From NCBI GenBank assembly GCA_003990765.1, contig RBNJ01000043.1:1-47792 (forward strand): 47,792 bases of DNA, read 5' to 3'. The first letter of the stretch is position 1. Each line of letters begins with the position of its first letter. A program made the translations under genes and the position numbers. A model generated the notes under the pieces. That model was given only the letters and a program-made list of their open reading frames with translations, had not been told where the DNA came from and did not search any database. Below, one piece after another: positions 1 to 13,450 of the stretch. Origin of the DNA: Jimgerdemannia flammicorona. Its lineage: Eukaryota.

Positions 1-28
<28 letters not shown>
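1..28 (+). repeat. poly(A) run at window edge, possibly the tail of an upstream retroelement
   Basis: 28 consecutive A. Confidence 0.6.
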
Positions 29-33
<5 letters not shown>

Positions 34-1585
34 AACAAAAGAAAGAAGATACTACATCAAAACAGATATACTTCAGATACAGCTAAAGGTATTAGAAACT
101 ATGAAAAAGTGAAGAAGACACTGATCTGATACCAATAAAGAGGCAACTCATTACTATTGTCTTCCTTCCACTACCCATATTCTAGATCATTGCAAATATT
201 AAGTTTCAATATATATAGATATTCAATATTAGCTCTTTTGGAACTAAACTAATTACTCTACACTATGTAGTAAATTTATCTCATCATTGTAGAGATGATT
301 GAACCAATATAACCAGTTTGTATAGCTTAAAAATAATACTCAGAGTTTCTTCACTTTCAGATATTTTATCTATATGTGTAAGATAATTCTGAATAGTAAG
401 ATTTAGTATATAGGTCTGATAATATATACAGTAGTTTTCTATATTAAAGGCTATATTTTTTTATTGAAGATTGATTGCTAAATTTCAGAAAAATGTTGAG
501 TTATTTATAATATTATCTATTATAATGGCCAAAATCTATACTTGAAATTTTCAGTTAGCAAATTTATATAAAAATAAATAATTATTAAAATCTATTTTGT
601 TTTAAAACTTCTCTCAAAATGATAGCCAGATGGCAAGTCTCTCCTTTTTACCTTAGTTATGATCTCAAGCTCCTAGATACAACTAATAAAAGTATCTGTA
701 ATGTTTTCTTCAGAATAAGGACTAGTAAGTTTGATAAAGTCAAGGGTAAGAGATTTAAGTTGTTAATTAAGATCAATTTAATAACTAATAATACCTAGAA
801 ATAAAATTATATTGGAGAATGTCCATATATTGAGATTAAATTAGTAAGCCTTATATATATATATATAATTCAGCTTATAATAGTTATAGTATTGCTCTTA
901 TTTATTTATTTTATCTAAAGTATCTGGTGAAGATTATCATGCTTCTTCCTGTAGGTCTTCAGGATATCTTTACAAATAGTATCAGCACTTAGTCAATATA
1001 AATCATATTTGAGAAGGCTAAAGATGCTATGCAACTAGTCACTCTTAAAGTTATAAATAGTTGGTCTATATATACAATCTAGCAAATAAGGTAATTTTGA
1101 AATTCTACCAAAGAATATAGCTAAATATTTTTGATTAAATGGGGTTATTGATATAGAAATATTCAGACAATCAGATAAATATATTCACTATAGCTTAGAT
1201 ATTAATTTTATTTATTTTTGTATTCTTTTTGATTTTGTTAGAATGTTTGTCTTTTATATATCAATATATGTTTAAAGTTGACTTATTAAGCATTTTGAAC
1301 TTCTAGCTATATAGTATAAAGGAGTTGGTAGAAATAATATTATATATATATTAAATAAAAACATTAGTTGTATTACATATAAATATATCTTCTTTTTTTA
1401 ATTTTTTATCTATAATAATTACAAATAATATCATCTTTGATCTTAGTATAATATTGATAGATTACAGAATGAAGATTGTATAGAAAGTATAGAACTATTG
1501 AGAATATTTAACTTAAAGCATTATTAGTACTATAAACTATTGAAGACTGATCTATTGATATGTATATTTGAATATTTACATATAT

Positions 1586-1587
<2 letters not shown>

Positions 1588-1616
<29 letters not shown>
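1588..1616. repeat. (TA)n microsatellite
   Basis: tatatata... run. Confidence 0.9.
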
Positions 1617-1646
1617 GATATATCCAATATATATATAAGTTATATA

Positions 1647-1700
1647 GAGGATTTAGATTAGAGGATTCAGATTAAAGAATTTAGATTGAATAATTTAAAT
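1647..1700. repeat. degenerate ~14-bp tandem repeat (gaggattyagatta x3-4) abutting the truncated LTR
   Basis: gaggatttagatta/gaggattcagatta/aagaatttagattg. Confidence 0.6.
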
Positions 1701-1704
1701 GAGA

Positions 1705-3118
1705 ACAAGACAGATATCTCAAGGAATATAAAAGAAGAATTAAGAAACTATAGTAGCAGCAATCCAAACAAAGCTTACAGAAATCGTTCTAAAGATTTAC
1801 TATAAACAAATGTCTGCTGCTTGCCAAACCTCAAGATTCAGAAACTACCAAGGTCTCTCAGTCTAGGAAAGGATATTTTAAGACATCAGAAGAGCTATGA
1901 GGATCTGCATAAGAAAGACTCCTAGCCTCAACCTAAGTACTGGTGACTCTTATCATTATATTCTCTACTGCTATAAAATGGAAACAAGGATCACTATTGC
2001 TACTGAATGTCTCTGAATATAGTAGGAATACAAAATAAGAAACCTCCTCTGCTGGGAATTCCCTCAGGCCCATCCCCAAGAAATACAAGATGCCACTTCT
2101 GTAGATGTATATGAAATAAGGACAGCTAAAAAGATTCATCAGATTTTTAAATATGTACTATAGTCAATCTCCAACTTGGAGTATACTAGAATCTCAGACT
2201 TCAAGGAACTGTCAGCCCACCATATCAATGCACTGGAGGCCATAGTGATCATAGAAGCCCAGTCCACCATCACTCTCAATAGTGATGAAGTAGAAGAGTT
2301 CTGGTATTCCATCTTTCAGAACAATCCAGATCAATTTCTATAAAGATTGATCTCAGTATTCCAAGACTCTAGCATCTAGATTAGATCTCTCCAAGATCCC
2401 ACATTTGTTTCTTATTTTGCAGAAGAGAACCTCATAGATTGGAGAGCTCCAGACCTCTTTGCTCTCTCTACTGCCAAATATGATGATATTACCAGTGATG
2501 ATATCATTCTACATGGTATATATAAAATATACAACAAAATAGACAAAATGTTTACAGATCTCATTTCCTTCAACAGTGACAAAGATAAAGCCTCCATAGT
2601 CCTGAACATTCTGCTCTAAGTTCTTGATAACACCAAAATCTTCTGGCATCCTTTTTCTATATAACTGAAATCTACCAGTATCCTTTTTCTGTAACATCTG
2701 AATCTTTGAGTACTCTTTTTCTATACTACTGAAATTTACTAATATCCTGAACTTGTGTAACCATTTATATAGACACTTGAATTTATACTTACAATTATAG
2801 TATTCTGTATTCCAGTATTTTATTTAGTTATTGAAATTTATATTTAGCTTTATAACTTAGCAACTATTAAATTATATTTTATATAAATATCCCTCTTATT
2901 TCTTTTAAAATAAGTTAGTCAAGTTCACTTATACTCAATTCTATGCAAGCAATTTAAGAAATAACAAGACAGTTTAAAGATAAGAAGTTTGAGGACTATA
3001 AGACCTTAGAAAGGCACTCTAATAAGAACTTGCTTATAACAAACTTGTAGTTAGTCTAAGAGATATATCTTGAAGAGAATCTGATATATTTGAAGGACTT
3101 GGCAACTACTATATGACA
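1705..3118 (+). repeat. 5' LTR of element A (first ~147 bp missing)
   Basis: Matches 8935-10267; ends ...atatgaca; TATA tataaata at 2882. Confidence 0.92.
1810..2619 (+). pseudogene. LTR(U3)-encoded accessory ORF, family A copy 1
   Basis: ATG at 1810, TAA at 2617; colinear with the ORF at 40092-40895; several premature stops. Confidence 0.75.
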
Positions 3119-3121
3119 ACT

Positions 3122-3138
3122 TGGTACCCATTGGCTGG
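3122..3138 (+). promoter_or_regulatory. primer-binding site of A, possibly tRNA-Lys-like TGGCGCCCA before mutation
   Basis: tggtacccattggctgg 3 nt after the LTR; C has tggtgtccattggctgg; tRNA identity is inference. Confidence 0.65.
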
Positions 3139-3238
3139 TAATTCAAGATGAATATCTCACTTTTAAGCTGAAAAATAAATAACTACTATAATAACTACTC
3201 TGACTATAAAATTCACCCCTATAAGAATTCAAGATAAG

Positions 3239-6200
3239 ATAGAAATGTATCTCTCTACATTCTATAGATATACTACTGAAAAGTCAGTCCTGACCTTCAT
3301 TGAAGATTTTGAACAATTTGCTACCATATAAGCTCTTACCATAGATGCATAATTGGTCCTCTTACTTATTAGCCTCAAAGGACCTATCAGAGATAAGTTC
3401 AATATAGCTACTATTGCTGATGCTAGTGCAGCCAAACTTGTCAACATGAAGAACTTTCTCAGAACTACATACTATACTGAAGAGATCAAGCAAGCTCTTA
3501 AGAATTAACCCAATACTATCTACCAGGGACTCAGTAAAGATTCCAACTTATTCTATATCTGAATCTGTCATCAGATTGTCTTGGCTGGCTATAATGATAC
3601 TCTCAAGGAACAAATAGCTGATTTAACCTTCCTCAAAGAAGTTTACTCTGAAATTGTCTTAGCAATCTGATCTATCCTAGCTATTCTAACCCTTGACCAG
3701 AAAGTAGTCTTTATATAGAGATATTGAACTATCATATACTCTACCAAACACTCAATAGAGAAAATAACTAGCATTAAGATGGAGCCACAAAAGCTAACTA
3801 GTATCATACCTACTATAGTTATAAATAGACAACTATCCCCACCTATCCCCAAGGCAGCCAAAGCTAATCTAGTAGAGGAACTCACTAAGCAGATTGCCAA
3901 GATAACTGCATATCTTGATGATATTATTAGAGAAGTCTGAAGTACTAACAGGAGACCAATACAGAGATTTGAAGTTACTACAGAAGAATGTAATATTACA
4001 TACTTCAGATATAGTGAAGAAGGTTACTATATAAAGAGTTACATGACCAAAACAAGGTATAAAGCCCAATCAAGCAATACTATTAGAACCAGAGAACAAA
4101 CCAATACAGTAGTCATCAAGGAGATTGGTGATACTGATGATGAAGAATACTACAAGTAGTTCAAATTCTACCCTATTACTGAAGATACCAGAACCCAGTC
4201 CAAGCTTTATGACAAGAAGAGCAATAGCAAGCCAGTTGGAAGATCAAAGAAGACCCCAGCTATTACTATTCAAAGCAAGACCCAATCTGAGGAGATTGAT
4301 CAAGATATAAAGTTAGATAAAGCTGTCTGTCAAATTATTGAAGACACTACTCCAGTCTCAGGAGAAAGTGAAAGCAAGAAAGAACAGAAGCTGTACAAGA
4401 CTAAGATCCACTAGTATGATATCTATAAAGATCTCAAGAAATAGAAGATTAATGTTACTTTTGGACAACTAGTTGAAGTCTCTGCCTTTAGACAGCAGTT
4501 GAGAGTAGGACTTGCAATCACTGTCAAGAACCAAGAGTACAAGATCATAGAAGCTTACAATATATAAGAAGATGAATAAAAAGACTTAGGTAAAGAATCT
4601 AAAGACCAGTGCAAGATATCAGCCTATACTCTATGTCAGATTGAAGATTGTATCTTTGATACCATTATTGATACTAGTGCTAGAGAATATCTTATGAGCA
4701 AAAAGACAATTGACTATCTATTGAAGAGTCCATCAAAATGGTCTATGTCACAGTAGATAGTATATAAGCTACCCCTCTAGACAAGATCCAAGAAGTCCCT
4801 ATTAAGATAGGAAGAGCTATCATTCTAGTAGATGTGATTGTTATAAGTACCACCAACTATGATATCCTCATTGGCAACTAATGGCTTCACAAGGCCAAGG
4901 CTATCATTGATCTCAATACCTAGAAGATATAGATCAACTATAGAGGAAGAAAGATACAAGTCTCTATCAATGTCTACAAAGGAGTACTATCAGATATGAA
5001 GGAAGGAGATAGGATATAGAAGTCTTCATATACTCAGTATATAAGAATAAGAGTAAGACACCCAAGCTCACAGATGTGCAGTAGTACAACAAGATCATTG
5101 ATGACTATGCCCCTCAAGAAAGATGCCCCCATGGTACCAGGATATATTGCTCTGAATACCTGAATGACTACTGGTTAAATTTAGAAAAATCTGTCAATAA
5201 AAGTATAAGCAAGAAGCTGCTGAAGCAAAAAGGAAAGCCAAAGAAGATAACTAGCCCCCAGAGCTTCAAGCTAATAGTGATGATGAGGAGGAATAAGAAT
5301 CAGACATTACTCTCAAGGTCAAGAAGTTTTACCCTAAAGCTAAGATCTCAGAATACAAGACTGAAAGAGCCATAGGAATGGACCTTGCCAGTATTCAAGA
5401 TGCTATCCTTAAACTACAGACCACTACTCTACTTGGTACTAAAATTAGAGTCAAGTTACTAGAGAATCATACCAGAATTATCAAGACTAGGAGCAGTCTG
5501 GCCAAAAGTGAAATCTCAGTTGAAGGAAGAGTAATTGACCCTGATTACACTGGCAAGATCTTTCTCATAGTTAGGAATCACAACTCCATCATCCTATTCA
5601 AAGTCAAGAAGTATGACAGAATTGGCCAGATGCTGATCCATAAAGTCAAGAAGCCCAAGATCACTGAAGCCATTGAACTCATCAAGACTAAAAGAAGAGA
5701 ATAAGGCTTTAGATCTACTGAAAGAGAAGTCTATGCTGTAATTATGATTATCAAACCTGAGCACAAGAAAGATAAAAACCAGAATAAGCACACATATATC
5801 ATTGGAGAAAACTTTCCCCTAGAAGAACAACTTCTCAAGATCCTATATCAGAATGAAGGAGTACTTGTCACAGACTTCAGGAATATTTATAATCAAGAAC
5901 TCAAGTACTACTATGAAGTTGATACTGGTGATACCAAGCCCATCTACCAGAAAGCCAGACCTATATAGAGAATGGCTGTAAGCAGAACTCAAGAAAATAA
6001 AAGAAGCTAGAATTATCAAGCAAGCTATCAGCCCCTGGGCTTCACTTATTATCCTCACCTCAAAGAAAGGAAGCAAATCTGGAGAGTTTGCCCCAAGACT
6101 CTGCATTGATTATAGAAAGTTACAATTACCAAGAAGGATAGGCAGCTCTTGCCAAATATTCAAGAAATCCTTACCACTCTTGAAAGTAAAGCCAAATATT

Positions 6201-8470
6201 ACACTATCTTGGATCTATTCTCAAGCTTCTATCAGATTGGTCTTACTCAAGATACTAGTGAGAAATCAGCCTTTATCATACCTGATACTATCTATATCTA
6301 CCTGCAAATACTATTTGGAATGTATAATATCCCAGCAAGTTTTTAGTGAATAATAAACAGAGTCTTTAGTAATGAGATTGAAAAATAGCTCTTTATCTAT
6401 ATTGATGATGTGATTATCTTCAGCAATACTGTATACATATGAACATATCAACTATATATAGCTAGCTCTCAAGAAGCTCAAGAAGCATAGCCTCTACATT
6501 AAGCCTAAGAAATATAAGTTTATAGCTCAGGAAATTACCTATCTAGAATACATTATCAACTAGACTAGAATTCATATAGACCCTATGAAGATTGAGGCTA
6601 TTGCAGCCTATCTAAGACCTAGAATAACTATAGAAGTCTATGCCTTCCTTAGACTAGCCTCTTACTATAGAAGATTCATCAAAGAATACTCCAACATTAT
6701 AGTACCTATTTATGAGCTACTGAAGGAGACTAAATTCAAATGAATCAGGAAATGTCAAGAAATCTTCAATGAACTCAAGACTAAATTGATCCAAACACCC
6801 ATCCTCAGAAGACTAGATTGGAACCTAGAGTTTATTCTGCAGATAGATATAAGTATTATAGAACTTGGAGCAGTCCTAGCTCAAAAGAAAGATAGACATG
6901 AATATATCATCTCCTATATAAGTCAAGATATTTACAGAGCAGAACAGAACTATGAGTCATATAAGCTTAAATACTTAGCAGTAGTTTGGACAGTAGATAA
7001 GTTCCACTACTATCTAGCTAGAAAATACTTTACTATTCAAACAGACTATTCCACTCTCACTTAGATATTCTATACTCTAAACTCTAAAGGAATATATGCT
7101 AGATAGATCTATAGGCTACAAGAGTATGACCATACTGTCAAGTACTGCTCAGGAAGAACCAATGCTAATGCTGATGTACTCTCAAGGATACTCCAAAACA
7201 CTCTCTTAAAAACTATTCAACATGAATAAGGAGCTATACTATAGATTAATCAGCTATCTTAAGCAGTAGAAGAGGCCCAACCATCTTGAACTCTGGACTA
7301 TTACTATTATCAACTGGACTTGGAAACAATTTGAACTAGACAATATCATACTTAGAAAAGGAGAAAAGCTTATAATACCTGAATATAAGAAGTATTAAGT
7401 AATAAAGAAAGCATACAAACAAGGATATCTAGGAAGAACTAATATATATAATAAAGCAAGAAGAACTATGTGGTGGTCCAAGATAGAAGAAGACTTGCAC
7501 CAATTTGTTAAAGAGTGTGATAAGTGCTAAAAATAGAAATAAGATCAGTAAGACTAGGTATCTGGATCATCAAGAATTGAGTCTATTGCCTTTTATCACA
7601 TCACAATAGATATCATTGGATCACTACCAGTAATACTATTAGGAAACTACTACATTATAGTTATTGTAGACCTCTTTACCAAATAGATAGAAGCAAGAGT
7701 ATTACAAGAAGCCAATGCTCTCTCTATAGCTGACTTCTTATATCAAAAAATCATCTACTATTACAAGACATTAAGACAAATCACCACAGACTATGGCACA
7801 GAATTCATCAATAGATTCTATGAGATAATGTATCAGAAATATAAGATTCAGCATATCAAGACCACTGTATACCACTCTCAAGGAAATGGACAGATAGAAA
7901 GAACCAACAAGACTCTTAAGAATATTCTGATAAAGATCTCAGATACATATATATGACAATTGGGACAACTACCTCCCAATTACTCTCTCTGTCCTGTGAG
8001 ACATATGGTCATAGAGTATATACTTTATCCTGAGAGAACTGCTTTTTGGAGAAGAATATTCCAATAGAACCTCAGCCATAAAACTAGACCTAACTTAGAG
8101 ATGGATTGACTCAGAAATTCAGAGACTATATCAAATCAGAAAGAAGGCTAAAGATTATATCATCAAGTCATAAATACTGATAAGGAAGAATGCAGAAAAG
8201 AATCACAAGACCCTAGAACTCATCCAAATCAGAAAAAAGGTCCTACTGTATTGAAATATGGTAGAAGCCTTATGGTCACAAAAACTGGAGCCCAAATGAG
8301 AAGAACTCTTTTATATGTAAGATATCAAGAGAACTATCTTCTGGCTTAGAAAACTCTCAGAGATCATACTGCCTACTATAGTATATAAGAACAGACTCAA
8401 GAAGTACCATAAACCTATATAAGAGAAGCAAAATATAATGACTACCTATGAGGTTTTAGTCTGTGAATCA
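3239..8470 (+). pseudogene. gag-pol of element A (gag, Zn knuckle relic, protease, Cys/His module, dUTPase, RT, RNase H, integrase)
   Basis: IIDTSA protease ~4665; LDLFSSFYQI and YIDD RT; LQIDIS/LAVVW RNase H; integrase relic 7400-8410; many stops. Confidence 0.92.
5306..5722 (+). pseudogene. dUTPase domain in the A polyprotein
   Basis: GMDL, RSSLA, GRVIDPDYTG, RIGQ, and mutated RGxxGFGST motifs. Confidence 0.93.
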
Positions 8471-8777
8471 TAACAGTATGTTCTGTAATCAGTAGGCAAT
8501 CTGTCTGGACTATTCTCTAAGAGATACAGTACTAGTAACTACTCATTCATAAGACTTTCAAAGTCAGAGAAGTTTGAACTGTCAACTGATTGATCAAGAT
8601 CAGAATCAGGTCCTTACTCTATATAAAGAGAGTGACTTTTCACCATTACACCAAAATATATAAAGAAGATACTAGTCCATAAATATCACTTTTTGACCCT
8701 CTGTCAGAGGTTATGGGATCAGTAAATTTTTCAGACTAGACTAATGAATAAGGATGTTCAAAAGAAGATTCTTATTC

Positions 8778-8787
8778 AGGAGGAAAA
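8778..8787 (+). promoter_or_regulatory. polypurine tract of A
   Basis: aggaggaaaa immediately before the 3' LTR. Confidence 0.8.
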
Positions 8788-10267
8788 TATAACAGTAATC
8801 TCAGAATGATGATATCAATATAGGAGATAGCCTTTTCTTACAAGCTATCAGATTGGAGTATAAGATAATCATATAGTATAACTTACCCAGACTATAAGAT
8901 GAGTAATAATGACTAACTGTGAGTCATCATAACTACAAGACAGATATCTCAAGAAATATAAAAGAAGGATCAAGAAACTGCAGTAGCAGTAACCCAAATA
9001 AAGCTCACAGAAATAGTTCTAAAGACTTACTATAAACAAATATCTACTACTTACCAAACCTTAAGGTCTAGGAACTACTAAGACTCCTTAGTCTAAGAAA
9101 GGATATTCCAAGACATTATAAGAGCCATGAGGACCTATAAAAGAAGGACTCCTAATCTCAATCTAGGTATTGATAACTCTTAATTATATCCTCTATTATT
9201 GTAAAATAGAAATAAGAATCACTATCACTACTGAATATCTCTAGATATAGCAAGAATATGAAATAGAAAACCTCCTCTACCAGGAATTCCCTCAGACCAG
9301 TCTCCAAGAAATACAAGATGCTACTTCTATAGATATATATAAAATAAGGATAGCTAAGAAAATTCATTAGGTTTTCAGACATATATTATGATCAATCCTC
9401 AACTTGGAGTATATTAGAATCTCAGACTTCAAAGAACTATCAGCCTACCATATCAATATACTAGAGGCCATGGTGACCACAGAAGCCCAGTCCACCATCA
9501 CTCTCAATAGTGATAAAGTAGAAGAGTTCTAGTATTCCATTCTCTAGAATAATCTAGATCAATTCCTGTAAAGATTAATCTCAGTATTCTAAGGCCTCAG
9601 CATTCAGGTTAGACCTCCCCAAGACCCCATATTTGTCTCTTATTTTGTGAAAGAGAACTTCATAGATTGGAGAGCTCCAGATCTTCTTGCTCTCTCTACC
9701 ACTAAATATAATGATATTACTAACAATGACATCATTCTGTGCAACATATGTGAAATATGCAAAATGGATGAAATATTTGCAGATCTCATTTTCTTCAGTA
9801 ATAATGAAGATGATGCCCCCATGGTTCTGAACATTCTGCTCTAAGTTCTTGATAATACTGAAATCTTCTGGTATTCTTTTTCTATATAACTGAAATCTAC
9901 TAGTATCCTAAACTTATGTAACCATTTGTACAAATACTTGAATTTATACTTACAACTATAGTTTTTTATATTCTAGTATTTTATTTGATTATTGGAATTT
10001 ATATTTAGCTTTATAACTTAGCAATCATTAAATTATATTTTGTATAAATATCTCTCTTATTTTCTTTAAAATAAAGTCAGTCAAGTTCACTTATACTCAA
10101 TTCCACATAAGCAATCTAAGAAATAATAAAATAGTTTAAAGATAAGAAGTTTGAGGACTATAAGACCTTGAGAAAGTACTCAATAAGAACTTGCTTATGA
10201 TTAGTCTAAGAGATATATCTTGAAAAGAATCTGAATATTTGAAAGACTCAGCAACCACTATATAATA
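8788..10267 (+). repeat. 3' LTR of element A (~1.48 kb)
   Basis: Starts tataacag (TGTAACAG in C); AATAAA at 10070. Confidence 0.92.
9040..9844 (+). pseudogene. LTR-encoded accessory ORF, family A copy 2
   Basis: ORF track 9647-9844 (ENFIDWRAPDL...LNILL) is its C-terminus; start codon mutated to ATA. Confidence 0.7.
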
Positions 10268-10279
10268 GTAGAAAAAGAG

Positions 10280-10426
10280 AATATTTATATAAGATCTGAA
10301 AGAAAGATCTAGAAAGATCTTAGAAATGAAAAGAAAAGTAAAAAAAAAAAAAAATATTTATAAAAAATCTGAAAGAAAGATCTAAAAAGATCTTAAAAAT
10401 GAAAAGAAAAGTAAAAAAAAAAAAAA
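10280..10426. repeat. ~74-bp tandem duplication, each unit ending in an A-tract
   Basis: aatatttata..tctgaaagaaagatct..aaatgaaaagaaaagt(A)n occurs twice. Confidence 0.8.
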
Positions 10427-11022
10427 CAGTTTTTGGCAAAGCTGACTAATAGAATTCTATAATGTTCCAAAAGATTCTATAACTAGCTAAGATAAGATAC
10501 TTAGTTTTAAGAAAAGGCAAAAATATTCTAATAAAGTCTTAGTATCAAGAAAGAATTTCTAAGTTTTTAGAAGATATCAGAACATTGCAGAATATTTAAG
10601 AAAAGGTAAGAAAAGACTAAAGAAAAGATACAAAAAATACTATAACTAAGATATAACTAAGAAATTATTATATTTTAATAATAATAGCTTATAAATTAAA
10701 ATATAAACAATATATTTTAAGATATAAATTTAAAAATTGATAGGTAATACTTAATACAGAAAGTCTAGCTTTTATCAAAATAAATAAGTGGCTAAAATCT
10801 ATAGAAGAATAAATATTTAATAATTAGTTTTATATTTATTAGAATATAAATAAATTCATTATTACTAATTTCTCAGAATAATCTATTATAAAATAACACT
10901 TTGGTCAGTGCTCAAAAGAGTTGTTGGTGTTCCAGTTTCATTATAATGGGGACCATTTGGTATATTGCTTTGTAAGATAACTATATCACCTACTAATTAT
11001 GCTATACTTCTATGACTTCTCA

Positions 11023-13070
11023 TGTAAGAGGGTTGCTTTTTAGGGTAATCATTACATAGTTCTGGAAAGGTTTTCTGGATATTCTGGAAGACCGTTTTCT
11101 TATGGTCAAGATCAATTTGTATGGAGTATGTCCTCTATACTTATTGATTTCAAGTTCAGGTTGACATCTCAATCAAAGTCCTTTTTTGGACTAGTTCTGG
11201 ATGTTCAGGATTTCCATATTTCAGGAAGTTCAAGAAACTAAGACCAGCTTAGTTGAATTGGCATATTGCTGCAGACAATACCCAATTAGGAAATTTCGTG
11301 ACAGGGTTAGGAGTAGGACCTAACAGGGAGCAGTTTTACTTAAGAGTAGTTTGTGGGTTATTAAATAGGTTTATTCACTATTCATGATATTGCTATACTA
11401 GGAGTAGTTGGGTGAGGGGATATTGTGGGGAAGTATTCAGGAATGTTCTTATGTATTCGAGTCTGAGATTCTGAGGTCTGAGAGAGGGGGTATTTATACT
11501 AGTAAGGGGCTATCTGGACTATGCTGAATATGAATATAGCACTAAGTGCTTTGCTGAGTCGAAATGCAGTCATGTAGTACAAGTGTGATCTGACATATCA
11601 AGAGATCATCTGACTGCTGAGTCAGTTCACAGTCACGTCATATAAGGCTAATCTAACTATACTATGACTGCTTAGGCTATTTATGATTTAGGCACTATCT
11701 GGGTAGTCCTCGATGACATCACCATCAATTGCATCATCTCTGATAAAGTAGTCATCCAGAAAGAGTGGTTCACAGATTACTTTTCCTTGTTTGCTGAGGT
11801 AATACATTAGAACTTCATCTCTGTCCCACAAGATGGCATTGTCTGTCTTGTGTGCTGGATAAGGTATTGGTGGGCAAAGGAGGGGTGTATCATCTTCACT
11901 TTTATTGGTTTCACTATCTGCATACCTTCTATAGGTTATGGCACTATGAGTCATGGGATTGTAGTAGGCTGGTGGCTGTGATTCATATCACTCATACTCA
12001 GGTAGTAGAGTGGTTAGTTCAATCTCGAGGGTTGTCTGGAGATACAGATTGTGTTCTCCAGTCTCTTTATTATAGTTAAAGTAATTGGGAGTGAATGCAG
12101 ATTAGTATTCGTGCCAGTGGTCATTGTCCCAATAAGTCTCGTAGGCTGTTATGAATTGTTGTAAGTTCATTAGCAAGGTTGGTGATGTGATCAGGGTTGG
12201 CAGAGATCCTTGGCTAGAGGTCATGTTGGTGTCAGAGGGATTATTGTCTTCTGCTTCATCTTCATCGAAGTGAATTATATTATAGATGTCCTTCATGGTG
12301 TATCCAACTTGGGGCATTTGCAGAATATGATCATTGGGGTGTGAGAAGGTTCTGTCTGTGGTTTCGATGTACTTGAGGTACTTGTGATTGAGTTCTTGTA
12401 TCATATCGTCGATTTGGCCATAGGACAGGGTAGTAACCATTTCAGCTATGGTAACTCAGAGCTGGAGAATAATGGTGCTATACTCATAGAAGAGTTCTCG
12501 GTGTTTGTGGGTGATGAGCTTCTGGTGTTGAGACATCTGGGTGATGTCTGTATCATAGTGGTATTTGATCATGTCTTCTAGGAGGCGGCCGATCTGGTAG
12601 TAGCTTGAGATTTGTCCAATTCGGTGGGCCTTGCTAAGTATGTTCAGAGCATTCTATTGAGCTTTCACGAAGTAGAGGGGTGCTAGGCTATGGATATTCA
12701 TGAGGGGCAGAGGGGGTGTGGCTCAGTTGACAATGGCATTCCAAATGTCAGCGCGGATATGGGTATAGATCTCAGTGGTCATGTTTGTGTGTTTGGAAGT
12801 TGTAGTTGTTGTTTGTTTTGGTTCTCTGATTCAATATGTCTCGGTGCTTGGTATATATGCATTTGATCCTGATTGGTAAGATTCTATTTGTGTAAATCTT
12901 GTATTCTGTGACTTCATATTGACTCAGCTTTGTATGCTGTGACTTCAGTTTGACTCAGCTTCGTGATCAAGCAGGTGATTTCCAGATTTGTTCAGAGATC
13001 GTGTGTGATTTCAGTGGCTTGTTCAGAGGGTGACGTGTAATTTCAGTGGCTTGGAGGTTGTATACTTACA
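11023..13070 (-). repeat. 3' LTR of B (~2.05 kb)
   Basis: Direct repeat of 19375-21420; minus-strand TATA at 11491-11498 and AATAAA at 11370-11375. Confidence 0.95.
11688..12782 (-). pseudogene. LTR(U3)-encoded accessory ORF of B (~364 codons)
   Basis: ATG at 12782 (MTTEIYTHIRADIW...); ORF-track pieces 12102-12440 and 11688-11954 are in the same frame; about 5 point stops. Confidence 0.78.
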
Positions 13071-13086
13071 ACTCTCCCCTTCTTAG
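13071..13086 (-). promoter_or_regulatory. polypurine tract of B
   Basis: ctaagaaggggagagt on the minus strand before the 3' LTR. Confidence 0.85.
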
Positions 13087-13299
13087 CTTTCGACATCCTC
13101 GTCAGGGCCTTCTAATTTTATTCACTGGTACAGAGAGAATAGGCTTGCTTTCAGTTTTGCCATTTTTCCAGAGGGTCAGTATTCTTGTCTTGTTTTGCTA
13201 AGTTCTTGGTTTGGTTTGCAATAATTATAATGTTCAGGAGGATAATATATGGTATGTATAGATAGGTGCAGAGTATTTGGTTCTAATTGTTCAAGGAAT

Positions 13300-13450
13300 C
13301 ATATTTCTAAACTAGGTCAGTAGCATTCTGGAGATTGGTCTTGGGTTTCCAGGTTGCATCATGGATCAGATAACCTTTCCATTTGACAAGATACTCAGGG
13401 TGGCTCTTGTTGCTACATTTGTTGAGGATTTGTTCAACTTCATACTCTTC
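13300..13450 (-). pseudogene. chromodomain at the integrase C-terminus
   Basis: EYEVEQIL...EYLVKWKGY...ATW.P..NL. Confidence 0.92.

Larger units (their letters stand above)
1705..10267 (+). mobile_element. Ty3/gypsy LTR retrotransposon family A, dUTPase-bearing, heavily mutated
   Basis: Two direct LTRs, PBS and PPT; domain order gag-PR-dUTPase-RT-RNaseH-IN; colinear with element C. Confidence 0.95.

Noticed and set aside
30-1580. Possible DNA-transposon relic on the minus strand
   Set aside because: Too AT-eroded; no convincing motif or termini
11688-12782. LTR ORFs as env genes
   Set aside because: No signal peptide or transmembrane segment, and located wholly within U3
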